Assembly (NCBI GenBank): GCA_965205265.1
Contig: CBDBGH010000003.1
Coordinates: 384,001 to 448,000, forward strand
DNA from: Alphaproteobacteria bacterium
GTDB lineage: Bacteria; Pseudomonadota; Alphaproteobacteria; Bin95
Reading direction: 5' to 3'
DNA: 64,000 nucleotides
Shown in pieces: positions 9,908 through 21,817 of this stretch. Under the pieces are notes generated by a model. That model worked only from the letters and a program-made list of their open reading frames with translations, had not been told where the DNA came from and did not search any database. The position numbers and the translations under genes are program-made. Positions within the stretch are counted from its first letter, which is position 1. Each line of letters starts with the position of its first letter.

Positions 9908-10789
9908 CTACCGTCCTCTCGCGATCCGGGTTTCGGCGGCGAGGTTCCACCAGGCGCCGGCGACGATCATGCCGGCGCCGATGAGCACCATCGTCTCCGG
10001 CACCTCCAGATAGAAGACGAAGCCGACCAGCCCCAGCAGCGGAAGCTGGATGTAGGTGACCGGCACGACGACCGAGATGTCGCCGAGGCGGATGGACTGG
10101 TTCATGGTGAGATGCGCGAGCACGCCCGTCAGGCCGACAATCGCGATCCAGCCGGCGTCCTCCCAGACGACCGGCGTCCACTGGCCCCAATTGGCGAGCG
10201 CGGCGATGGGGAGCTGGATGACCAGCATCCACAGCACGATCTGGATCGGCGTGTCGGTGCGCATCAGTTCCTTGGAGAGCACATTGGCGCCCGCATAGCC
10301 GGCGGCGCCGAAAATGCACACCAGCGCCGCCCACTCGACCGGCACGGCATGGGGGCGCAGGATGACCAGCACGCCCGCGAAGCCGAGCGCAATGACCGCC
10401 CAGCGCCGGAAGCCCGCACGCTCGCCGAGGAAGCCGACCGCAAACAGCGTCGCCCAGATCGGCGTGGTCGCCATCAGCGCGCTCATATCGATGAGGCTCA
10501 GCATGGCGATGCCGTAGAACCAGGCGAATTGCCCGACGAAATGGACCCCGTTGCGCGCCAGGTGCATCAATGGCCGGCGGGTGGCGATGCGCCCGGCGGC
10601 AAGCGCGAGCGGCAGGGCGGCGAACAGCCCGACGAAGCTTCGCAACACCATGATCTGCGCCGTGGACATGGTGTCCGAGAGCTGCCGCGCGGCGACCGCC
10701 ATCGCCATGAAGCAGAGCACCGTGGCGCCCATCCAGAGCGCGCCGACGACATTGTTCCGGGCGGCGAGGCGGCTGTCGGGTTCCCTCAT
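9908..10789 (-). CDS. DMT/EamA family transporter
   Basis: FLGERAGFRRW, GVLVILRP motifs and multiple TM helices. Confidence 0.87.
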   Translation of the reverse strand: MREPDSRLAARNNVVGALWMGATVLCFMAMAVAARQLSDTMSTAQIMVLRSFVGLFAALPLALAAGRIATRRPLMHLARNGVHFVGQFAWFYGIAMLSLIDMSALMATTPIWATLFAVGFLGERAGFRRWAVIALGFAGVLVILRPHAVPVEWAALVCIFGAAGYAGANVLSKELMRTDTPIQIVLWMLVIQLPIAALANWGQWTPVVWEDAGWIAIVGLTGVLAHLTMNQSIRLGDISVVVPVTYIQLPLLGLVGFVFYLEVPETMVLIGAGMIVAGAWWNLAAETRIARGR

Positions 10790-12141
10790 CCTCGGGGTGC
10801 CAGGCCGGCGAGCAGGCGGTCCACCATCTCAGGCGCCTCGCCCACATAATTGCCGGGCTCGCAGAGCTGCGCGAGCGCCTCGCGGTCGAGCTTGGCCGTG
10901 ACCTCCGGCATGTCCAGCAGCACGTCGAGCAGAGGGCGCCGTTCGTCCGTGGCGATCCGGCAGGCCTCATAGACGAGATCGTGCGCCGCCTGCCGGCCGA
11001 GCGCGGGCGCGAGGCCCATCATCACAGCTTCGGAGACGATCAGCCCGCGCGTCATGTCCATATTCGCCCGCATGGCGTCGGGATCGACCCGCAGGCCCTC
11101 GACCAGGAAACGCGCCTGGGCGAGCGCGCCCGAGGCCAGCACGAAGGCTTCCGGCAGCGCGGCCCATTCCACATGCCAGGGGCCGGTGGAGCGTTCGAGG
11201 TCGGCCGCCATCGAGTCCATCGCGAGCGCGGCGCGGCTCTGCACCTGCTTGGCGCAGGCGAGGATGAGCTCGCTGGAGACGGGGTTGCGCTTCTGCGGCA
11301 TGGTGGAGGAGCCGCCGCGGCCGGGCGCAAAGGGTTCGAAGACCTCGCCCGTCTCGGTCGCGGTCAGCAGCACCACGTCGGTCGCGATCTTGGCGAGCGA
11401 GCCCGTAACAAGCGCGAGGAAAGCCATCGTCTCGGCGATGGTGTCGCGCGCCGTGTGCCAGGCGATGGCGGGCCGTCCGAGCCCGAGTTCCTCCATCAGC
11501 GCGTCGGCGACCTCGAGCCCGCGCCCGTGCAGCGAGGCGAGCGTGCCGGCCGCGCCGGCGAACTGGCCCGTCAGCACGCGCGGGCGGAGCTGGTCGAGCC
11601 GCTCCAGATGCCGCTCGACGGGCGCCAGCCACACCGCCGCCTTGTAGCCGAAGGTGACCGGGAGTGCGTGCTGGAGATGCGAGCGCCCGGCCATCGGCGT
11701 GTCCCGGTATTCGCGCGCAAGCCGGGCGAGGCTCTCCCGGACGGCGAGCAGGTCCGCTTCCACCAGCACGAGCGCGTCCCGGATCTGGAGCACGACGCCC
11801 GTGTCCTTGATGTCCTGCGTGGTCGTGCCCCAATGGACGTAGCGTCCTGCATCCCCCTCGCATATGGCCGCGAGGCGGTGGACCAGCGGCATGATGGCGT
11901 AGCCGACCCGGTCCACCTCCTCGCGCATGAGTTCCATGTCGATGAGGTCCGCGTCGGCCCTGGCGGAAATCTCGGCTGCCGCCTCCTCCGGGACGATGCC
12001 GAGCCGCCCCTGGACCCGCGCCAGCGCCGCCTCCACATCCAGCCATTTCTGCACCTGCCCGCGCTCGGAAAAGACGGCCCGCATGGCGTCCGCGCCGAAG
12101 AGGTTCCCGTAAATCCCGCTGTCGATGATGGAGACTGGCAT
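10786..12141 (-). CDS. Adenylosuccinate lyase family / 3-carboxy-cis,cis-muconate cycloisomerase-like
   Basis: Fumarate-lyase signature GSSTMPQKRNP, HWGTTTQDI, GQFAGAAGTLA. Confidence 0.88.
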   Translation of the reverse strand: MPVSIIDSGIYGNLFGADAMRAVFSERGQVQKWLDVEAALARVQGRLGIVPEEAAAEISARADADLIDMELMREEVDRVGYAIMPLVHRLAAICEGDAGRYVHWGTTTQDIKDTGVVLQIRDALVLVEADLLAVRESLARLAREYRDTPMAGRSHLQHALPVTFGYKAAVWLAPVERHLERLDQLRPRVLTGQFAGAAGTLASLHGRGLEVADALMEELGLGRPAIAWHTARDTIAETMAFLALVTGSLAKIATDVVLLTATETGEVFEPFAPGRGGSSTMPQKRNPVSSELILACAKQVQSRAALAMDSMAADLERSTGPWHVEWAALPEAFVLASGALAQARFLVEGLRVDPDAMRANMDMTRGLIVSEAVMMGLAPALGRQAAHDLVYEACRIATDERRPLLDVLLDMPEVTAKLDREALAQLCEPGNYVGEAPEMVDRLLAGLAPRG

Positions 12142-12275
12142 CGCCCCGCTCTTCCCCCGCTGCCGCCGGCGCGCGCAGCCTAAAGCGTTTCTCGCCCGGC
12201 CGGAATCGTCCCCGCTTGCGGGCGCGGGGATGCGGGGGCAGTCTGTCGGCGCGGTTGCGGAGGAGAGGACCGGCG

Positions 12276-12980
12276 ATGGTGAAGGCGCTTCTGTTCGATG
12301 TGTTCGGCACGGTGGTGGACTGGCGGGGCTCGGTGGCGAGGGAGGCGAAGAAGGCGCTCGCGCCGAAGGGCCACGATCTCGACTGGCACGATTTCGCGCG
12401 GCGCTGGCGGGACCGCTACCAGCCCGCCATGGAGGAAGTCCGCAGCGGGGCGAGGCCCTACACCATCCTCGACGTGCTCCACCGCGAGAACCTGGTGTCG
12501 CTGCTGGAGGAGTTCGGCGTCGAGGGCCTGAGCGAAGCCGAGACGGACGACCTCAACCGCGCCTGGCACCGTCTCGCCCCCTGGCCGGACGCGGTGCTCG
12601 GCCTCTCGCGGCTCAGGCGCAAATACATCGTCGGCACCTGCTCCAACGGCAATATCGCGCTGATGGTGAACATGGCCCGCCATGCCCGGCTGCCCTGGGA
12701 CGCGATCCTCGGCGCGGAGGTCGCGCGGGCCTACAAGCCGCAGCCGGACGCCTACCTGCTGAGCTGCGCCGCGCTCGGCCTCGCGCCCGAAGAGGTGATG
12801 ATGACGGCCGCCCATAACGGCGACCTGCATGCCGCCGCCGCCCAGGGCATGGCGACCGCCTTCGTGCCCCGCCGGACCGAGCACGGCCCCGGCCAGACGA
12901 CCGACCTCGAAGCCGACCCCGGATTCACCGTGGTCGCGGACGACTTCATCGACCTGGCGGACCGGCTCGGCTGCCCCTGA
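12276..12980 (+). CDS. Haloacid dehalogenase, type II
   Basis: LLFDVFGTVVDWR, SNGN, YKPQP, AAHNGDL. Confidence 0.9.
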   Translation: MVKALLFDVFGTVVDWRGSVAREAKKALAPKGHDLDWHDFARRWRDRYQPAMEEVRSGARPYTILDVLHRENLVSLLEEFGVEGLSEAETDDLNRAWHRLAPWPDAVLGLSRLRRKYIVGTCSNGNIALMVNMARHARLPWDAILGAEVARAYKPQPDAYLLSCAALGLAPEEVMMTAAHNGDLHAAAAQGMATAFVPRRTEHGPGQTTDLEADPGFTVVADDFIDLADRLGCP

Positions 12981-12996
12981 CGACAGACGCGCCCCG

Positions 12997-13584
12997 TCAG
13001 GAGGCCAGCGCCTCCTCGACGAAGTCCAGCCGGTCCTGGCCGAAGAACATCTCGTCGCCGACGAAAAAGGTGGGCGCGCCGAACGCGCCGCGCGACACCG
13101 CTTCCTCGGTATTGTCGATCAATTGCTGTTTGATCGCCGGCTCCTGCGTGGCGGCGAAGAGCGCGTCGGCGTCGAGGCCGGCGGCGGTGAGCACCTCGCG
13201 CAGCACGTCCAGGTCGCCCGTGTTCTTCTCCTCGACCCACATCGCCGTGAACACGGCATCGGCATAGGTCTGGAAACAGCCGTCGCGCTGGGCGGCGAGG
13301 CAGCCGCGCATCAGGCCGAGCGTCATGATCGGGAAGAACGGGTTGCGCCGGAACGGCACGCCGTAGCGTCTGGCGAAGCGCGGGAGGTCCGCCGCGTAGT
13401 AGGCGGATTTGGCGGGCACATCGCCGGGCGGCGCATTTCCGGTCGCCTTGAAGACGCCGCCGAGCAGCATCGGCTTCCAGGCGATCTCCGCCCCGGTGCG
13501 CGCGGCGATGCCGGGCATCTGCGTGTGGGCGAGATAGGCGGTCGGCGACCCGACATCGAACCAGAATTCAAGGCGTTTCGGCAT
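12997..13584 (-). CDS. 2-hydroxychromene-2-carboxylate isomerase (DsbA/kappa-GST family)
   Basis: [29 protein letters not shown]. Confidence 0.9.
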   Translation of the reverse strand: MPKRLEFWFDVGSPTAYLAHTQMPGIAARTGAEIAWKPMLLGGVFKATGNAPPGDVPAKSAYYAADLPRFARRYGVPFRRNPFFPIMTLGLMRGCLAAQRDGCFQTYADAVFTAMWVEEKNTGDLDVLREVLTAAGLDADALFAATQEPAIKQQLIDNTEEAVSRGAFGAPTFFVGDEMFFGQDRLDFVEEALAS

Positions 13585-13700
13585 GGAGGGCTCCCGGTCT
13601 CCGCAGCGTTTTCCGCACTATAGAGCACGATCCCGCCGCATTGACAGGACAGGCCGGTTCGGGAATGGTCCGGGGCCTTTTCCGGGGAGGGGAAACATCC

Positions 13701-14543
13701 ATGTCCGACGGGACCGTGCAGGCCGCAATCGACCGCGCCTGGGAGGACCGCGCCGCTATCGGGCCGGACACGAAGGGCGAGGCCCGCGAGGCCATCGAGG
13801 CGGCGCTCGACGCGCTCGACCGCGGCGAGGCGCGGGTCGCGGAGAAGGTGGACGGCGAATGGCATGTCCACCAGTGGTGCAAGAAAGCCGTGCTGCTCTC
13901 GTTTCGCCTTGCCGATTCCGCCCCGGTGTCCGGCGGGCCGGACGGCGCGCCCTGGTATGACAAGGTGCCGTCCAAATTCGAGGGCTGGGACGCGGCGCGC
14001 TTCGCCGGGGCCGGCTTCCGCGCCGTGCCCAACTGCGCGGTCCGGCGCTCGGCCTACATCGCGCCCGGCGCCGTGCTGATGCCCTGCTTCGTGAATGTCG
14101 GCGCCCGGGTCGGCGAGAACACCATGATCGACACCTGGTCCACCGTCGGCTCCTGCGCGCAGGTCGGCGCCAACTGCCATATCTCCGGCGGCGTCGGGCT
14201 GGGAGGCGTGCTGGAGCCGCTCCAGGCCGAGCCCGTGATCGTCGAGGACAACTGCTTCATCGGCGCGCGCAGCGAGGTCGTGGAGGGCGTGATCGTCGGC
14301 GAGGGCGCGGTGCTCGCCATGGGCACCTTTATTTCCGCCACCACCAAGATCGTGAACCGCGACACCGGCGAGGTGCATACGGGCCGGGTGCCGCCCTACG
14401 CCGTGGTCGTGCCGGGCAGCCTGCCGGGCCGGACCCTGCCGGACGGAAGCCCGGGGCCGAACCTCTCCTGCGCCGTCATCGTCAAGACGGTGGACGCGCA
14501 GACCCGCGCCAAGACGGCGATCAACGACCTGCTGCGCGACTGA
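13701..14543 (+). CDS. dapD: Tetrahydrodipicolinate N-succinyltransferase
   Basis: [20 protein letters not shown], hexapeptide repeats, [10 protein letters not shown]. Confidence 0.97.
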   Translation: MSDGTVQAAIDRAWEDRAAIGPDTKGEAREAIEAALDALDRGEARVAEKVDGEWHVHQWCKKAVLLSFRLADSAPVSGGPDGAPWYDKVPSKFEGWDAARFAGAGFRAVPNCAVRRSAYIAPGAVLMPCFVNVGARVGENTMIDTWSTVGSCAQVGANCHISGGVGLGGVLEPLQAEPVIVEDNCFIGARSEVVEGVIVGEGAVLAMGTFISATTKIVNRDTGEVHTGRVPPYAVVVPGSLPGRTLPDGSPGPNLSCAVIVKTVDAQTRAKTAINDLLRD

Positions 14544-15676
14544 TGTCCGCGGGCGCCCTCGACCTCGCCCGCGCCCTCATCCGCTGCCCGAGCGTCACGC
14601 CGGCCGACGAGGGCGCGCTGGCCGTGCTGGAGGCGGCGCTGGAGCCGCTCGGCTTCGCCTGCGAGCGCATGCCGTTCAGTGCGCCCGGCACGCCGGATGT
14701 GGACAATCTCTACGCCCGGCGAGGCAGCGGGGGGCCGCTGTTCTGCTTCGCCGGGCATACCGATGTGGTGCCCGCGGGCGATCCTGCGGACTGGAGCGTG
14801 CCGCCCTTCTCGGCAACCGTCGCCGGCGGGCGGCTTACCGGGCGCGGCGCGGCGGACATGAAGGGGGCGATTGCCGCTTTCGTCGAGGCCGTTTCACGCC
14901 TCGGTCCGGTTCCCGGCTCCATCGCGCTGCTCATCACCGGCGACGAAGAAGGCCCGGCGGTCAACGGCACCCGGCCGATGCTGGAGCGGCTGGCGGCGCG
15001 CGGCGAGCGCATAGACGCCTGCGTCGTCGGCGAGCCGACCAATCCCGCGCAGTTCGGCGAGATGATAAAGATCGGCCGGCGGGGCTCGCTCAACGCGCGC
15101 CTTGTCGTGGAAGGCGTGCAGGGCCACGCCGCCTATCCCGATCTCGCCGACAATCCCGTGCATCCGCTGCTTGAGATGGCGCACGGCCTCGCCTCGACTC
15201 CGCTCGACCGGGGCACGGCGCATTTCCAGCCCTCGTCGCTCCAGGTCACCAGCGTCGATGTCGGCAACCCGACCACGAACCTGATCCCGGCCCGTGCCGA
15301 GGCCCGCTTCAACATCCGCTTCAACGACCTGCATACGGGCGCCGGTCTGGAGGAGCGGCTGCGCGGCATGCTGGACCGGCAGGGCCACGCCTACGGGCTG
15401 GACGTGTCGGTCAGCGGCGAAGCCTTCCTGACGCCGCCGGGGCCGCTGGTGGACCTGGCCGCAGAAGCCATGCGCGAGGTCACGGGCCGGACGCCGGAAC
15501 TCTCCACGTCCGGCGGCACGTCGGATGCGCGCTTCATCAAGGACTATTGCCCGGTGGTCGAGCTCGGCCTGGTGAGCGAAACGGCCCACAAGGTGGACGA
15601 ATATCTGGAGATCGAGGACCTCGAGAACCTGACGCGCGTTTACGAGAAGATGCTCGCGGGCTATTTCCTCTCCTGA
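14543..15676 (+). CDS. dapE: Succinyl-diaminopimelate desuccinylase
   Basis: [32 protein letters not shown]; coupled to dapD. Confidence 0.96.
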   Translation: MSAGALDLARALIRCPSVTPADEGALAVLEAALEPLGFACERMPFSAPGTPDVDNLYARRGSGGPLFCFAGHTDVVPAGDPADWSVPPFSATVAGGRLTGRGAADMKGAIAAFVEAVSRLGPVPGSIALLITGDEEGPAVNGTRPMLERLAARGERIDACVVGEPTNPAQFGEMIKIGRRGSLNARLVVEGVQGHAAYPDLADNPVHPLLEMAHGLASTPLDRGTAHFQPSSLQVTSVDVGNPTTNLIPARAEARFNIRFNDLHTGAGLEERLRGMLDRQGHAYGLDVSVSGEAFLTPPGPLVDLAAEAMREVTGRTPELSTSGGTSDARFIKDYCPVVELGLVSETAHKVDEYLEIEDLENLTRVYEKMLAGYFLS

Positions 15677-15699
15677 TACCGCTCAGGAGAGCGTTTCGG

Positions 15700-16242
15700 A
15701 TGCTCGGGGAAATTCGGACGGGCTGCGCCGCCGCACTGGCATTGGCGCGCGGGAACGCGGGGCCGGTTTCCGCGCTCGCCGATTTCTGGCGCTCGTTCCG
15801 CGCCGCCGCGGTGGCGTTTCCGCTCTCGCTGCTGATGCTGGCCCTGGTGCCGCACGGTTTCGAGATGACGGGCAAGCTCATCGCGGCGGATATCTTCGGC
15901 TATATCTGCACCTGGACCGCCTTCCCGCTCATCATGGTCTATGTGGCGGACCGGATACAGGTTTTTCCCCATTACTGGCGGTTCGTCATCGCCACCAACT
16001 GGGCGAACCTGCTGCAAAGCGCGGTCTTCGCGCTCGTCGTGCTGGTGGACGCCGCGGGCTTCCTGCCGGAGCCCGTCTCGGCCATGCTGTTCATGGCGGC
16101 CTGGTTCTGGATCCTGCTGTTCAAGTGGCGCCTCGCCCGCCACGGCCTCGGGATCGCGCATTTTCCGGCCGTCGCCATCGTGCTGCTCGACCTTGCGCTT
16201 CGCCTCGTCATCGCCCGCGCCACGATCTGGTTCGGAAGCTGA
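15700..16242 (+). CDS. Hypothetical membrane protein
   Basis: Several TM segments; AGGAG RBS upstream of ATG 15700. Confidence 0.7.
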   Translation: MLGEIRTGCAAALALARGNAGPVSALADFWRSFRAAAVAFPLSLLMLALVPHGFEMTGKLIAADIFGYICTWTAFPLIMVYVADRIQVFPHYWRFVIATNWANLLQSAVFALVVLVDAAGFLPEPVSAMLFMAAWFWILLFKWRLARHGLGIAHFPAVAIVLLDLALRLVIARATIWFGS

Positions 16243-16279
16243 ACGGGCGGAAATGCAGGGTCACGAAATTTTCTCTTGT

Positions 16280-16294
16280 GTTCCTGAAATATTC
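16280..16294 (+). promoter_or_regulatory. Probable alphaproteobacterial LexA (SOS) box GTTC-N7-ATTC
   Basis: GTTCctgaaatATTC about 70 bp upstream of recA; one mismatch to the GTTC-N7-GTTC consensus. Confidence 0.65.
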
Positions 16295-16365
16295 CTTCTA
16301 TGCAATTGGCCGGTGAATGGACCGGGGGCAAAAAAACGGCCTCCGGGCGAGCGGGGAGCGAGCAT

Positions 16366-17445
<1,080 letters not shown>

Positions 17446-17454
17446 GCGCTTTCC

Positions 17455-17708
17455 GAGACCGTTCGAGAATAGCGTCTCTGCAGGGTCCGGTCCGGCTCCG
17501 CAATGCCCGAACGCCTCCCTTCGACAGGCTCAGGACAGGCTCCTTCGTCATGCCCGGACTTGTTCCGGGCATCTCCACCGCTTCTCCCGGGGCGGCCGCA
17601 TGGATGCCCGGAACAAGTCCGGGCATGACGGGAAGAAGGTCGGGGCAACGCTTTCGGTCCCGCCTCGAACCCCCGGGCGCCGCAGACAGCCAATTCTCAA
17701 ACGGTCTC
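17455..17708. mobile_element. MITE (IS5-like TIRs) containing a REP doublet
   Basis: TIRs GAGACCGTTCGAGAAT / ATTCTCAAACGGTCTC; internal CGTCATGCCCGGACTTGTTCCGGGCATC...GATGCCCGGAACAAGTCCGGGCATGACG. Confidence 0.8.
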
Positions 17709-18581
17709 TCACGACCTCGGGTCGAGCGCGTCCTGGAGGGCGTCGCCGAGGAAGTTGAAGGCGATCACCGTCGCGAAGATCAGAAGCCCCGGCCAGACGG
17801 CGAGATACGGAGCCTGCCAGATCGTTTCCTGGGCGTGGGCCAGCATGTTGCCCCAGCTTGCGGCCGGCGGCTGGATGCCGAGCCCGAGAAAGGAGAGGAC
17901 GCTTTCGAACAGGATGATATTCCCGATCGAGAGCGTCGTCGCCACCAGGATCGGCGAGGCGACATTGGGCAGGATATGCCGGAGCGCGATGCGCCCGCTG
18001 CCGGCCCCGAGCGCCCGCGCCGCCCGCACATAGTCCTGGGCGCGGGCGGCGAGCGCGGCGGCGCGCACCAGCCGGGCCACCGTCGTCCAGCCGACCAGCG
18101 CCACGATGGCGATGACCCGGAACAGGCTCGCGTCCGTGCCGTCGTCGAGGCCGAGCTTGGCGGGATCCACCGCCGCCAGCACGATCAGCAGCGGCAGCAG
18201 CGGCAGCGCGATCACGCCGTCCGTCAGCCGCATGAGCGCGGTGTCGAACGCGCCGCCGCGATAGCCGGCGAGCAGGCCGAGGCCGGTGCCGATCAGCGCG
18301 GCGATGAAGGCGGCGGCAAGCCCGACCGAGAGCGAGACCCGGCCGCCCCGGAGCAGCCGCGCCAGCAGGTCCCGCCCGAGGTCGTCGGCCCCGAGCGGGT
18401 GGGCGGCCGACGGCGGCGCATAGCGGGAGAACAGGTCCACCGACTCGGCGTCGATGCCGAGCGCGGCCTCGATGAGCGGCGCGGACCAGGCGGCGGCGGC
18501 GAGCAGCAGCAGGAAGACCGCGCCGGCAAGGCCCGCCTTGTGGCGGCGGAAGCGCAGCCATGCGAGCGCGGCCGGGCTCAT
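17709..18581 (-). CDS. Peptide ABC transporter permease (DppC/OppC-like)
   Basis: HPLGADDLGRD, RHILPN, LSFLGLG, NFLGDALQDALDPR. Confidence 0.93.
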   Translation of the reverse strand: MSPAALAWLRFRRHKAGLAGAVFLLLLAAAAWSAPLIEAALGIDAESVDLFSRYAPPSAAHPLGADDLGRDLLARLLRGGRVSLSVGLAAAFIAALIGTGLGLLAGYRGGAFDTALMRLTDGVIALPLLPLLIVLAAVDPAKLGLDDGTDASLFRVIAIVALVGWTTVARLVRAAALAARAQDYVRAARALGAGSGRIALRHILPNVASPILVATTLSIGNIILFESVLSFLGLGIQPPAASWGNMLAHAQETIWQAPYLAVWPGLLIFATVIAFNFLGDALQDALDPRS

Positions 18582-19540
18582 GCCCCGGCCCGGAACGCGA
18601 TGCGCGGGTCGAGCGCCACATAGGCGCCGTCCGCGGCGATATTCGCGGCAAGGGTGGTGAAGGTCGCGAACAGGAGGCCGATGAGCGCGAGGTTGTAGTC
18701 GTTCGCCATCACGGCGTTGTAGATGAGCGCGCCCATGCCGGGATAACCGAACATGATCTCGGTGATGAGCGCGCCGGAAAAGAGCGCGCCCATGTCGAGG
18801 GCGAGGATCGTCACCACCGGGATCATAGCATTGCGCAGCACATGGCGGCGCAGCACGGCGGCGCGCGAGAGGCCCTTGGCGCGCGCGGTGCGCACATAGT
18901 CCTGGCGCAGCGCCTCGCGCATGGAGGCGCGGACATAGCGCGTGATGCCGCCGGCCGAGAGCAGCCCCAGAACCGCGACCGGCAGGACGAGGTGGCGCAG
19001 CCGCTCCAGCCAGCCCGCGTCGCCCGCCGCCGGATAGCCCGTCGCCGGCAGCCAGCCGAGCATGACCGAGAAGAGCAGCATCGCCATGATCGCGAGCCAG
19101 AAGGGCGGCGTGGAAATGCCCGCGAAGCAGAGGAAGTTGACGGCGTAGTCGGCGAAGCGGTTGGCCTTGAGCGCGGCGAAAATGCCGGCCGGCAGCGCAA
19201 TCGCGACCGAGAGCGCGAAGGCCAGCCCCATCAGCAGCGCGGTGTGCGGCAGCCGCTCCGCCAGCAGGTCGAGCGCCGGGCGGTGGTAGATGCGGCTGTG
19301 TCCGAAATCGCCGCCAAGCGCCCGTCCCGCCCAGGCGAGATAGCGTTCCCAGACCGGGCGGTCGAGGCCGTAAAGCGCCTTCAGCCGTTCGGTGTCTTCC
19401 GAAGTCAGTTCCGGGTCGGCCGCGATCATGGCGTCGATCGGGTCGCCCGGCATCAGGCCGATCAGCCCATAGACGACGAAGGACATGACGGCCAGCACGA
19501 GGGCCGCCTGCAGCAGGCGGCCGGCGAGAAAACGGCTCAT
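18578..19540 (-). CDS. Peptide ABC transporter permease (DppB/OppB-like)
   Basis: PGDP, QDYVRTARAKGL, RHVLRNA, LDPRI. Confidence 0.93.
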   Translation of the reverse strand: MSRFLAGRLLQAALVLAVMSFVVYGLIGLMPGDPIDAMIAADPELTSEDTERLKALYGLDRPVWERYLAWAGRALGGDFGHSRIYHRPALDLLAERLPHTALLMGLAFALSVAIALPAGIFAALKANRFADYAVNFLCFAGISTPPFWLAIMAMLLFSVMLGWLPATGYPAAGDAGWLERLRHLVLPVAVLGLLSAGGITRYVRASMREALRQDYVRTARAKGLSRAAVLRRHVLRNAMIPVVTILALDMGALFSGALITEIMFGYPGMGALIYNAVMANDYNLALIGLLFATFTTLAANIAADGAYVALDPRIAFRAGA

Positions 19541-21192
19541 TCCTCCGCGCGCCACTCCTCGATCCAGAGCGTGGTCGGATACTGGTGGCCGGTGGGCGTC
19601 ACGCCTTTCAGCCACTTCGGGAAGACATAGGGCGTGGCGCGGAAATAGAGGGGCAGCACCGGCAGGTCGCGCGCATAGGCAGCCTGGAGCTGGGCCCAGA
19701 GCGCGCGCCGCTTCCCGCGGTCGAGCTCCACCTCGATGTCGTCGAGCAGCCTGTCCATATCCGGGTTGCGGTAGCCGGTGTAGTTCTGCCCGGACCAGTT
19801 GTTCTCCGCCGTCGGGATCATGGTGGAGTGGAGCGTCGAACGCGGCACGCTCTCCGGCGAGGAGAGCCAGGCATACATCGCCATGCCGCTGAACCGGCGC
19901 TTGGAAACCGTCTCGCCGAAGAACACCCGCGCCGGCCGGTTGCGGATGCGCACGTCGATGCCGACATCCTTCCACGCCGCCTGCAACACCTGCTGCACGA
20001 GTTCGCGCGAGCGGTTGCCGGCCGTGGTGCCGAGTTCGAGCCTGAGCGCCTCCCCGGCGGTGTTGCGGCGGGGCGCGCCCGGCGCCTCGTTGGTCCACCC
20101 CGCCTCGTCCAGCAGCCTCCGCGCCGCGTCCGGGTCGAACGGCGTCTTCGGCAGGTCCGGGTCATAGACCCGGTCGAGCGGGCTGACGGGCCCGTGCGCC
20201 ACCGGCTGCCGGCCGAAAAAGAGGCGCTTCGAGATCGTCTCCCGGTCGATGGCGTGCAGCAGCGCGCGCCTGACCCGGACATCGGCCAGCGCCGGATTGT
20301 CGAGATTGAGGTCGATATGCTCGTAGATCAGCCCCGCCTTGTAGGCGAAGTCCCAGGCATCGCCCTCGCGCTCTTCCATGGCGGCGGCCTGGTCGAGGCT
20401 GAGGCCGAGTTCGCCGGCGATGTAGTCGATGGCGCCCGAGCGCAGATTGACCTCGAGCGCCGCGGTGTTCTCGACGATGCGGATGATGACCGTCCCGAAG
20501 GCCGCCGGCTTGCCCCACCAGGTGGGATTGCGCGTGAGTTCGATGGCGGCGCCCGGCTCCACGCGGACGACCCGGTAGGGCCCGAACCAGAGGCCGGGAT
20601 TGGCGCTGTCGGCGTCGAAGGCGGTCCGGTTCCGGTATTCCGCCGGGTCCGCGTCGAAATTGGCGCGGTCGATATGCGCGGGAAGCACGAGGCCGCCGAT
20701 GTCGTTGTAGTCGAAGGTCACGCGGTCCAGATGCAGGGTGAACCGCCGGTCGTCATGGATTTCCAGTTCCAGAATGCGCCGGAAGAGTTCCGCCGAGGCG
20801 ACGCCCGATTGCGGATGCTTGCCGACCTCGACGGCGAAGGCCACATCCTTCGTCGTCACCGGCGCGCCGTCCCCCCAGCGCGCATCCGCGCGGATGGTGT
20901 AGGTGACGGCGATGCCCTCCTTGCCCTCGGAGGTCGTCTCGCGCACCGCCCCGCCGTTCTCGATGGTCGGAAGGTCGACGCAGAGCATGCAGACCAGCCG
21001 CCACTCCGGGTCGTAAGCGGTAAAGGGGCGCATGCCCATCGCCAGCGCATAGCTCTTCGCCAGCATCGAATCGATCAGCGGATGCAGGGTCGAGGGGAAC
21101 TGGGTCATGCCGATCACCAGCCGCTCCTTCGCCGCCGCCGGGGCCGTCCAGCAGACCAGCAGCGTGAGCACAGCGGCGAGGATGCGAGTCAT
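19537..21192 (-). CDS. Peptide ABC transporter substrate-binding protein
   Basis: Signal peptide, ARWGDGAPVT, GPYRV, VRRALLHAIDR (SBP family 5). Confidence 0.93.
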   Translation of the reverse strand: MTRILAAVLTLLVCWTAPAAAKERLVIGMTQFPSTLHPLIDSMLAKSYALAMGMRPFTAYDPEWRLVCMLCVDLPTIENGGAVRETTSEGKEGIAVTYTIRADARWGDGAPVTTKDVAFAVEVGKHPQSGVASAELFRRILELEIHDDRRFTLHLDRVTFDYNDIGGLVLPAHIDRANFDADPAEYRNRTAFDADSANPGLWFGPYRVVRVEPGAAIELTRNPTWWGKPAAFGTVIIRIVENTAALEVNLRSGAIDYIAGELGLSLDQAAAMEEREGDAWDFAYKAGLIYEHIDLNLDNPALADVRVRRALLHAIDRETISKRLFFGRQPVAHGPVSPLDRVYDPDLPKTPFDPDAARRLLDEAGWTNEAPGAPRRNTAGEALRLELGTTAGNRSRELVQQVLQAAWKDVGIDVRIRNRPARVFFGETVSKRRFSGMAMYAWLSSPESVPRSTLHSTMIPTAENNWSGQNYTGYRNPDMDRLLDDIEVELDRGKRRALWAQLQAAYARDLPVLPLYFRATPYVFPKWLKGVTPTGHQYPTTLWIEEWRAEE

Positions 21193-21225
21193 GGCGCGGA
21201 ACTCCCGGCGGAGGCGGCGCGGGCG

Positions 21226-21618
21226 TCAGAAACCGAACTGCACACCACCGCCGCTAGTAGAGCTACCGTAGCCCGCCACAAAACGGAAGCCGTTGCAGCA
21301 AAGCTGCCGGCATGCCTCTATGAAGTTGCTGTAAGGAGGAGCGCACATCGCCACGGCGAGGCACCGTGCCATGCACAGCTCAAGACGATCTGGTTCGTCC
21401 GGACGAGGGCGGTCCGGATAACGGAGAACGGAGCCGATGACGAGGCTATAGTTCTGGCACGGGGGCAGTTTGCCTGGGTCGAAGTTCCGGAGTTCGCAGC
21501 GAATCTGATCGTAAAATGGGTTGACGGGATTGCACGGATCGGAAAAGGACGCTGAGGTCGGGCCCACAGCGGACAACACCAGAAAACAGGTGCCAACGAT
21601 ATGGGCAAGGATACGAAT
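21226..21618 (-). CDS. Small secreted cysteine-rich protein (non-canonical ATT start or start-codon mutation)
   Basis: AGGAG, 7 nt, then ATT-CGT-ATC; signal-peptide-like RILAHIVGTCFLVLSAVGPTSA; 9 Cys in the mature part. Confidence 0.5.
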   Translation of the reverse strand: MRILAHIVGTCFLVLSAVGPTSASFSDPCNPVNPFYDQIRCELRNFDPGKLPPCQNYSLVIGSVLRYPDRPRPDEPDRLELCMARCLAVAMCAPPYSNFIEACRQLCCNGFRFVAGYGSSTSGGGVQFGF

Positions 21619-21817
21619 CGCAACTCTCCTTCGAGGCGCTGCAAGTCCGACGATGACAGCCGACCCGCAAGCTGCTGTCCAGACTTCCGGAGAAATTCGC
21701 CGATCTGAGTTTTCCGGATGGAAACGCTTTCCTCGACGCGGAAATATTTTCTTCCTTAGTGATCGATGTCCGCTGGAACCCGTTGACATGGTCCCGATCC
21801 GGTGTTTGAATACCTGC

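Noticed and set aside
17709-21192. Peptide ABC operon lacking ATPase genes
   Set aside because: The ATPase genes are often encoded elsewhere; nothing here indicates decay.
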